Of a stretch of 64,000 nucleotides of DNA, positions 57,208 to 64,000 are shown piece after piece (position 1 is the first letter of the stretch; each line of letters opens with the position of its first letter). The DNA is from a virus. Location of the stretch: IMG/VR virus record IMGVR_UViG_3300040801_004314, positions 1 through 64,000 of that record. One strand, given 5' to 3'. Under the pieces are notes generated by a model. The model was not told the origin of the DNA. It searched no databases and was given only the letters and a program-made list of their open reading frames with translations. The translations under genes were made by a program, and so were the position numbers.

Positions 57208-58851
57208 CTAATAAATTATTTCTATTTTAAAATTACCATCTACGGTAACCCTTAATTTACTTTTATATAATCTATAACCTCCTAAAAAGTTATTTGGGGA
57301 ACTAGGTGTTATACTATTAGACACCTCGAAAGAGCTTAATCCTGATTCATTTTTGTCATATATAACAAAGCCATTTGTGTCTTTTATTCTTGATACTTCT
57401 GGATAATTGACTGGTTGAGCAAAATATATATAACCACCACCACTACTAATAGTAAATTCTAAAGATTCGCCAACATTTGGCATAGCCTTTATTATCTTAC
57501 CAGTATTAGGTGAGGTTATTATACTATTCAAACCGCCACCAGTAAGTGTGTGATTTATATCAATAAAAGAATGTATAATAGGTCTAACATATTCTATACT
57601 GTCTTTAATCCTAAAATCAAAGCCAAATAAACTGCTACTAGGCACTAATGTTATATCGTTGTTGTTAGATGCTAACAACTCAAATTCTAATGTTCTAGGG
57701 GTAGTTATGTTACCTGGTATATTATAATTGACACTTCCATTAAACACGTCACCAGGATTATTAGACAGTGGTCCACCCTCTGCTATTATGTTCCAAGTTG
57801 TTTCAGTATCAGCATTATTTCTCAAAAACCATTTAGCAACAACCTCATCATCTTTTCTAGGGAAACTTTTTATAGAATATGAAAAGGATAAAGTTGTAGG
57901 TTTACCTACCTCAGCATACTTTATGTTTCCTGGTGCTGCAACACTTAATGTTAATTCGGGTGCTACTTCTGGATATATAACTTTTCTTAATACCTCACCT
58001 AATGCCCAATCTTGACCATCATTAGCACTCGTATAATTACCATTTTGATCCATACTATTGGATTCAAATGTATCTCCTTGTTTTACACCACCTATATCCA
58101 CAGGCACTACATCATCTTCTACAAATTCAAGGGGGAATCCATTTAAATTAACTGGATCACCGTATATATTAGTTTCAGAGCCAGTTGATCCAATATTAAA
58201 ATCACTAGTATCTAACTCAGACCATTCTAAACCACCAAAAGGAAATGTTCCTACATATTTTAATATCTTATCTTCTCCTACATTATCTAATGTTTCTTGT
58301 ATCGTAGGAAAGGATATACCATTTATATTGACTACATCATCATTTGATGATATATTAAGACTACCACCAGGACTTGGATTTATTATGTTAAAGTCTATAA
58401 TAGATTCACCATCTACTTTTTCACTTTCTAAATATGGTGAGTTTATATACAAATTTCGACTTGTCCCTGCTAATAAAGATACTTTTGTTTTATTTTGGTC
58501 AGCATCATCGGGTTTGGTATTATAAAAGAATACATCGGTATCACTAGTATTTAAAAGGGATTCGCTCATTATATCAAAAGATCCTACACTTCTTTTACCA
58601 AGTAGCATTTTAGCTTTAACATCTTTGTCATTAGGATTACCAGTGTCTATGCCTATGTATTGTGTATCACCACTAGTTGATGTTAGCTTAAAAGTTGAAT
58701 TTGCCCATGTTGTTAAGAAAGCATCCCTTACGTCTCTTGGTCTTATTAACTTTTGTGTGTTGTCAGGTAAAAATTCCAGTAGACCAAACAAATCTGCCTT
58801 ACTACTACTTTCTACAACTTGACCTGTGAATATGCTATAACTATTTGGCAT
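57208..58851 (-). CDS. Virion structural protein (tail/baseplate-associated), paralog of 55749..57206
   Basis: Same shared motifs; first gene of the fibre operon, with a late-type box upstream. Confidence 0.55.
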   Translation of the reverse strand: MPNSYSIFTGQVVESSSKADLFGLLEFLPDNTQKLIRPRDVRDAFLTTWANSTFKLTSTSGDTQYIGIDTGNPNDKDVKAKMLLGKRSVGSFDIMSESLLNTSDTDVFFYNTKPDDADQNKTKVSLLAGTSRNLYINSPYLESEKVDGESIIDFNIINPSPGGSLNISSNDDVVNINGISFPTIQETLDNVGEDKILKYVGTFPFGGLEWSELDTSDFNIGSTGSETNIYGDPVNLNGFPLEFVEDDVVPVDIGGVKQGDTFESNSMDQNGNYTSANDGQDWALGEVLRKVIYPEVAPELTLSVAAPGNIKYAEVGKPTTLSFSYSIKSFPRKDDEVVAKWFLRNNADTETTWNIIAEGGPLSNNPGDVFNGSVNYNIPGNITTPRTLEFELLASNNNDITLVPSSSLFGFDFRIKDSIEYVRPIIHSFIDINHTLTGGGLNSIITSPNTGKIIKAMPNVGESLEFTISSGGGYIYFAQPVNYPEVSRIKDTNGFVIYDKNESGLSSFEVSNSITPSSPNNFLGGYRLYKSKLRVTVDGNFKIEIIY

Positions 58852-58907
58852 TTATGAACTATTTTTTATTATATATTAAAATATTTATGCCATATATTAA
58901 AAAACAT

Positions 58908-58933
58908 TGAAAGCCCCCTATGGGGCTTTCAAT
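58908..58933. terminator. Stem-loop terminator
   Basis: TTGAAAGCCCC-CTAT-GGGGCTTTCAA. Confidence 0.7.
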
Positions 58934-58952
58934 TAAAAAAAAAGATACTCAT

Positions 58953-59354
58953 TTACTCAAACAAGAATTCAAGTTTCATAAGGTTTTTAACTTTAGCAGT
59001 TTTCAAACCTAAATCATCGAATTTGAGTTTATCAAATTCTAATTTATTTTCTAATTCTGATAATTCTTTCATTTCCTTAGTGAACTCTTTGGGATCTTTA
59101 AGTTCTACTGATCCTTCTATAACCTCACCCTTTTCGTTTTTTCCTGAAATAGGCTCGCCATCTTTATCACGATTTACCCATTTTTCTAAGATTTTCTTTT
59201 CTAATTTAGTCTTATCATCAACTATAGATGATAAGTCTTTTACTATTCGCATAAGTTTAAATGCAGTGGATGCATTTATATCTTCCTCAATTAGAGTATT
59301 TAAAGCTTCAATTGTTTCTGCGTTTAGCTCTTTATTTTTAACTATTATTGCCAT
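58953..59354 (-). CDS. Hypothetical helical protein
   Basis: ORF track. Confidence 0.55.
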   Translation of the reverse strand: MAIIVKNKELNAETIEALNTLIEEDINASTAFKLMRIVKDLSSIVDDKTKLEKKILEKWVNRDKDGEPISGKNEKGEVIEGSVELKDPKEFTKEMKELSELENKLEFDKLKFDDLGLKTAKVKNLMKLEFLFE

Positions 59355-59435
59355 AAGTATTTTTATTTTAATATTATATACATATTATTCTTTTTGTTTA
59401 ATTAAAAAGTCGTATTTTTGAAAAAAAAAATATAC

Positions 59436-60206
59436 ATGAGTTTAATAGATTTCACTAAAAATATGTTTAGTAAAGAAAAAGTGCTAGATTTAGAAAAATT
59501 ACCCTCGATGGGTTTGTTTTATCCAGATGATTTTCACGTAAAAATTAAGAAGGCTAGAAAAGAGGATATAATATTCTATGAGCATGGATTCAATAAAGAT
59601 GATATATCACTTACTATATCAAAACTTAAAGAGGTAGTTAGTAATAATATCACCTTTTCAAAAGGTTACGACTTTGATGATCTAGTTAGTGTAGATATAG
59701 TTTATATTTTTATAGAAATAGTAAAGTTAACCACTAATAAAAAGATAGGCTTCGAGTACTTTGATAAAGAAAAAATTAAGACCAAATTCATAGAGTTTGC
59801 TCCTGAAAATTTTAATTATTTAGAAATAGATAGTAAGCTAAAAAAAGCTTACGATGATAAACAAAAAGTATTTATTATAGACAATTATAAATATTCACTT
59901 CCTAAGATAGGTGTTGAGAATTCTTTAAGTGATTTTTTAGTAACTAAAACATTAGAGGGTGTTGGAAATGAATATGCGGATAAGTTTATGGGATTTACAT
60001 ATTTTGTTTCACATAAAAAGCATTTAACTACTAGTGAAATAGAAAATTTAATTAAAATATTCAATGAAGATATCGAAGAAAGTGAGATTGAGAAAGTCAA
60101 AGCAATACTTGATAAGTTTTCAAAATTCCAGTCTTATTCTTTATTAAGAAATGGTGAAAAAATAGAACTAAAGGGTAGAATAGATCTTGAAAATATTTGG
60201 AGATAA
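59436..60206 (+). CDS. Baseplate hub protein, T4 gp26-like
   Basis: LPS.GLFYP and DL...D..YIF..I motifs. Track start 59418; ATG at 59436. Confidence 0.55.
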   Translation: MSLIDFTKNMFSKEKVLDLEKLPSMGLFYPDDFHVKIKKARKEDIIFYEHGFNKDDISLTISKLKEVVSNNITFSKGYDFDDLVSVDIVYIFIEIVKLTTNKKIGFEYFDKEKIKTKFIEFAPENFNYLEIDSKLKKAYDDKQKVFIIDNYKYSLPKIGVENSLSDFLVTKTLEGVGNEYADKFMGFTYFVSHKKHLTTSEIENLIKIFNEDIEESEIEKVKAILDKFSKFQSYSLLRNGEKIELKGRIDLENIWR

Positions 60207-60207
60207 T

Positions 60208-60244
60208 AAAAAAGGGGGATAATTTAATTATCCCCCCTTTTTTT
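60208..60244. terminator. Bidirectional rho-independent terminator
   Basis: AAAAAAGGGGGATAAT...ATTATCCCCCCTTTTTT between convergent genes. Confidence 0.75.
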
Positions 60245-60260
60245 ATTTACTAAAATAGTA

Positions 60261-62837
60261 TTAAGAACCACACATTAGGCAATCATCATCATCTTGTGCA
60301 TTTCTAGAAGATTCCACCATTTTTCTAAAATCTTCTGGTGACATTTCTTCGTCTTTAGACTCTTCTTTTTCTTTCTCTTGCTGTACTGTAAACTTAACAG
60401 CATCAGAAGCTCCTTTATTTCTTAAATAGTAAATACCTGTCTTTAAGCTATTTCTTTTATCTCTATAAAATTTAGGATTTCCTTCCTCGTCATAAACAAC
60501 TTCTACATTCTCACCTGTTGGGATAACGTTTTCACCATTTTCATCTTTGATAAACTTTCTCTTACCCCATCCATAGAAATGCATTGCTGTTAATTTACCA
60601 AAATTAGGCGAGTCCATAAATATATTCATTGACTGTGTTTGGTCAACAAAAGCACCCCTTTCAGCACACATGTCAATAACATCTTTTTGCTTAATCTCAT
60701 AAACTGTTTTAAATATTTCTTTTAAATCGGTTGGTATTTCTGGAACATTTTGAACAGAACCATTTTCAGAAATTATTTTCTTTCTAACAGTATCATCCCA
60801 AATTCCTCTTTTAACAAGCTCTTTTACTAGATACTTATTAACCATTATAAAAGAACCAGATAGTGTTCCACGAGAATACATATTTGATGTTTGTGCTTCA
60901 TAAGAAGCTTCATTACCAAGTATATTAGCAGTAGATGCTGTAGGCATAACACAAGTGGTTAGTGAGTTTCTAACACCATGCTCCATAACTTTTTCTCTAA
61001 GCTTTTCCCAATCCCATCTATCAGTTGGTTTAGCACCCCATAAATCATATTGAAATTTACCTTCTGATAAAGGAGAACCTTTAAAGGTTGTATAAGCACC
61101 TTCTTCTTTTGCTAAGTCACAAGATGCAGAAATAGATGCATAGTATATAGTTTCAAATATTTCTTTATTCAATTCTTTAGCTTGGTCAGAATCATAAGGA
61201 ATCCCAACTAGAAAGAAAACATCAGCAAGTCCTTGAACACCTAACCCAATTGGTCTATGTAAAATGTTAGAAAATTTAGCTGACTCTGATGGATAATAAT
61301 TATTATCAATAACTTTATTTAGATTAACAGTAGCTTGATAGGCTGTTTTATATAACTTTTTATGGTTATAAGTCTTATTTTTATTTACAAACTTAGATAA
61401 CGCAATAGAAGCTAGGTTACAAACTGCTGTTTCATTTACACTATCCCTACCATAAAATTCGCCTAAGTCTAAACTTTCTAATAATTCTTTATCTTTCAAG
61501 ATTTCTTTTTGGACTTTAGTGACACCTGTTGCTTCTACAATTTCAGCACAAAGGTTAGAACTTTTTACCACACCAATATTTTTTTGGTTTGATCTTTCAT
61601 TAATAGTATCTTTATATAAAATATAAGGTGTGCCAGTTTCTATTTGTGATTCTAATATTTTATTCCAAACCTCTCTAGCTTTTACTACTTTTTTATACTT
61701 TCCTTCTTTTTCATATCTAGTATAAATTTCTCTAAACTCATCTCCATATGTACCTTCCAGATCTTTACACTCATTAGGACACATTAAAGCCCAATCTTGA
61801 TTAAGGTCTACACGTTCCATGAATAAATCGTTCATCCACATAGCTAAAAATAAATCCCTTGCTCTCATTTCTTCTTTTCCTTGGTTTTTCCTTAGGTCTA
61901 AGAATGCCATAATATCAGCATGCCATGGTTCAATATACATAGCAATAGATCCTTTTCTTTTACCACCACCTTGGTCAACTGCCCTTGCTGTTTCATTGTA
62001 AATTTTAAGGAATGGGATAATACCATTAGAAGTTCCATTAGTACCTGCAATGTAGCTTCCTGTTGCTCTAACTTTATTGAAGTTTATACCTATTCCACCT
62101 GCATTTTTAGATATTTGAGCAGATTCTTTAAGTGTATTGAATATTCCCTCGATAGAATCACTTTCAGTATCTAAAAGGAAGCAAGAACTTAACTGTGGTC
62201 TTCTTGTTCCTGAATTAAATAAAGTTGGTGTTGCGTGTGTGTAATATCCCTCTGATAAAGTGTTGTATGTATCAATTACTTTTTCTATATCATTTCCATG
62301 TATTTGAATAGCTGTTCTCATGTACATGTATTGAGGTCTTTCTGCAACCACACCATCTATCTTAAGAAGATATGATTTTTCTAAAGTTTTAAAACCAAAG
62401 TAGTCAAAGTTATGGTCTCTGGAATGTATAATAGCGGAGTCTAATTCATCAGCATTTTCTTTTACGATGTTATAAAAATCTTTTGAAACTATAGGTGCTT
62501 TTTTACCAGTTTTTGGGTTTACGTACTTATATAATTTCTTAGCAGTTTCTGAAAAAGACTTATTGGTGTCTTTATGTAAGGCTGTAATAGCCAATCTAGC
62601 TGCTAAGATAGAATAGTCTGGATGTTTTGTTGTTAAAGAGGCTGCTGTTTCCACTGCTAACTGATCCAGTGTTGAGGTTTTTATATCAGGTGCTAATCCT
62701 GCAATTACCTTTTGAGCAACATCTATTGGCTCAACCCATTTTCTATCTAGTCCATAAGTTTGTTGTTTTACTCTATCTAGAATTTTGTCTAAGATAGCTG
62801 GTTCTTTTTTACCATTTCTTTTTACTACTTTAATCAT
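60261..62837 (-). CDS. nrdA: Ribonucleoside-diphosphate reductase alpha subunit (class Ia)
   Basis: ATP-cone VVKRNG, ERPQ, ATPTLFNSG, LSSCF, SNLCAEI, VCNL, MPTAS, DQTQS, GIYYLR and C-terminal CLMC. Confidence 0.97.
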   Translation of the reverse strand: MIKVVKRNGKKEPAILDKILDRVKQQTYGLDRKWVEPIDVAQKVIAGLAPDIKTSTLDQLAVETAASLTTKHPDYSILAARLAITALHKDTNKSFSETAKKLYKYVNPKTGKKAPIVSKDFYNIVKENADELDSAIIHSRDHNFDYFGFKTLEKSYLLKIDGVVAERPQYMYMRTAIQIHGNDIEKVIDTYNTLSEGYYTHATPTLFNSGTRRPQLSSCFLLDTESDSIEGIFNTLKESAQISKNAGGIGINFNKVRATGSYIAGTNGTSNGIIPFLKIYNETARAVDQGGGKRKGSIAMYIEPWHADIMAFLDLRKNQGKEEMRARDLFLAMWMNDLFMERVDLNQDWALMCPNECKDLEGTYGDEFREIYTRYEKEGKYKKVVKAREVWNKILESQIETGTPYILYKDTINERSNQKNIGVVKSSNLCAEIVEATGVTKVQKEILKDKELLESLDLGEFYGRDSVNETAVCNLASIALSKFVNKNKTYNHKKLYKTAYQATVNLNKVIDNNYYPSESAKFSNILHRPIGLGVQGLADVFFLVGIPYDSDQAKELNKEIFETIYYASISASCDLAKEEGAYTTFKGSPLSEGKFQYDLWGAKPTDRWDWEKLREKVMEHGVRNSLTTCVMPTASTANILGNEASYEAQTSNMYSRGTLSGSFIMVNKYLVKELVKRGIWDDTVRKKIISENGSVQNVPEIPTDLKEIFKTVYEIKQKDVIDMCAERGAFVDQTQSMNIFMDSPNFGKLTAMHFYGWGKRKFIKDENGENVIPTGENVEVVYDEEGNPKFYRDKRNSLKTGIYYLRNKGASDAVKFTVQQEKEKEESKDEEMSPEDFRKMVESSRNAQDDDDCLMCGS

Positions 62838-62950
62838 ATTTTTCTTATTTTTTTTTATTTATTCGTTTTTTATATATCTAATAATTTTAATTCCATAAAT
62901 CGCCAAATGACTTTTTTTGGCGGTTTTTTACACACGCTTTGGTAAACCAA

Positions 62951-63832
62951 TTATAGAAAATCTATATGGTCTAATTTGTTTAAGTTATACTTAAACTTAG
63001 TGTTATTGAGTATTTTTGTAACATCCTCTAATTTAACCATATACTCGTTTTCATAGGAGTTAACTTTAAATATCGAGTCGTCATAATCTACTTCTAAAAC
63101 TACACCTGTATAAAGTTTCAGTTCATTATTATTGGTTACTTTAAATTCAATTTCAGTACCCTCATATATGTTTCTATTACTAACTTCTTTTGAGTTACCA
63201 CCTTTACCAATATGCTCCTGTAGTTCTTCAATTATATAATTTCTCCACTTATTATCTAATAATTTAAACATATTGAATAGATTGTCTGAAAAATAAACAG
63301 AAAGCTCGTTAAATAATTCTACATTGGTAAAATTCTCATCTTTCAATTCTTTTTTAAGAAGTCTATAATATTTGTTAAAATCAACTTTAGATGGTTTTCT
63401 TCTATTCGCAGTAAAGCTTAGGGTAGTTTTATTTTTTAAAATATCATAAACTTTCTCTTTAACTTTCTTTTCCCTTACATAGGCTTCGTGATCCCTTGAT
63501 TGTTTATAATATGAAGAAGTCTTATCTACTTCTATAGTATCTTTAAAGAGTTCTGATATATTACCTGGTTCTTCTTCTGTTACAGGATCTTCTTTCTTGC
63601 CTTTAAATATAGAATCATATTTTAGAGAGTGTTTACCCTCGCTTTTATGCTTAGATAGTGTGACTTTATCATCTTCATTTGAATCATCTTCATCATCTTC
63701 ATCATCATTGGAAATAATATAATCATCTTCTTCTATCTCGATTGATATATCTAAATTATCATCATCCTCTTCACTTAAAAAATCAAATTTCTTATTTTCT
63801 AAGTTTTCCTCTTTTATTTTTTTATCACTCAT
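62951..63832 (-). CDS. Hypothetical protein with acidic N-terminus
   Basis: ORF track. Confidence 0.6.
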   Translation of the reverse strand: MSDKKIKEENLENKKFDFLSEEDDDNLDISIEIEEDDYIISNDDEDDEDDSNEDDKVTLSKHKSEGKHSLKYDSIFKGKKEDPVTEEEPGNISELFKDTIEVDKTSSYYKQSRDHEAYVREKKVKEKVYDILKNKTTLSFTANRRKPSKVDFNKYYRLLKKELKDENFTNVELFNELSVYFSDNLFNMFKLLDNKWRNYIIEELQEHIGKGGNSKEVSNRNIYEGTEIEFKVTNNNELKLYTGVVLEVDYDDSIFKVNSYENEYMVKLEDVTKILNNTKFKYNLNKLDHIDFL

Positions 63833-63849
63833 GTCTTTTATTTTTATTT

Positions 63850-63999
63850 TTATTGTTCTACAAACATATCATCTTCTAATGTAAGATAAGTTGTATTTAA
63901 ATTTAATCTAACTTGTGATTTTAAGAAATCACCATCTCTTTGTTTTAATAATTTAAATCTAAATAAGTTTTGCCTTTTCATTTCCTCGGTTCTTATAAT
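63850..63999 (-). CDS. C-terminal end of a probable replicative helicase (T4 gp41/DnaB-like), truncated by the window edge
   Basis: Reads IIRTEEMKRQNLFRFKLLKQRDGDFLKSQVRL...VEQ-stop; resembles the gp41 TEEL...K..KSRYGD motif. Confidence 0.5.
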   Translation of the reverse strand: MIRTEEMKRQNLFRFKLLKQRDGDFLKSQVRLNLNTTYLTLEDDMFVEQ

Positions 64000-64000
64000 A

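Noticed and set aside
1-64000. Stop-codon recoding as seen in some large phages
   Set aside because: Core genes are full length in the standard code, and TAG, TGA and TAA all terminate genes at sensible positions. The one in-frame TAA at 42581 is isolated.

Overview
A very AT-rich 64-kb segment of a large T4-like (jumbo-type myovirus) phage genome, read in the standard genetic code. The host is most likely a Bacteroidota/Flavobacteriia member, based on recurring TAnnTTTG host-sigma promoters, BACON-like tail-fibre domains and a GTTGTG...CACAAC CRISPR repeat. Core genes recognisable from motifs include terminase (small and large), portal gp20, prohead protease/scaffold gp21-22, major capsid gp23, gp2, gp4, gp15, gp25, gp26, late sigma gp55, clamp loader, UvsX/RecA, a RuvC-like resolvase, NrdA and tail-fibre proteins. 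Host-like genes include ClpS, RNase R, NADAR, a sulfotransferase and a tmRNA. The standout is a minimal type II CRISPR locus at about 9030-13355, with no cas1/cas2/cas4/csn2 in the window. It consists of a promoter, a stand-alone tracrRNA, a 5-spacer array, a second tracrRNA copy and a divergent 1166-aa Cas9 whose RuvC and HNH catalytic residues are retained. The last repeat is truncated and joined through a 9-nt loop to the second tracrRNA copy, which would give a genome-encoded natural single-guide RNA. Other notable items are a terminase fractured by an atypically split intein with an antisense homing endonuclease in the gap, five paralogous Vsr/PD-(D/E)XK-like endonucleases, a cluster of attC-like cassette boundaries after the tmRNA, and a recurrent N-terminal capsid-targeting-like motif. 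All calls come from reading the sequence by eye; no database searches were run.
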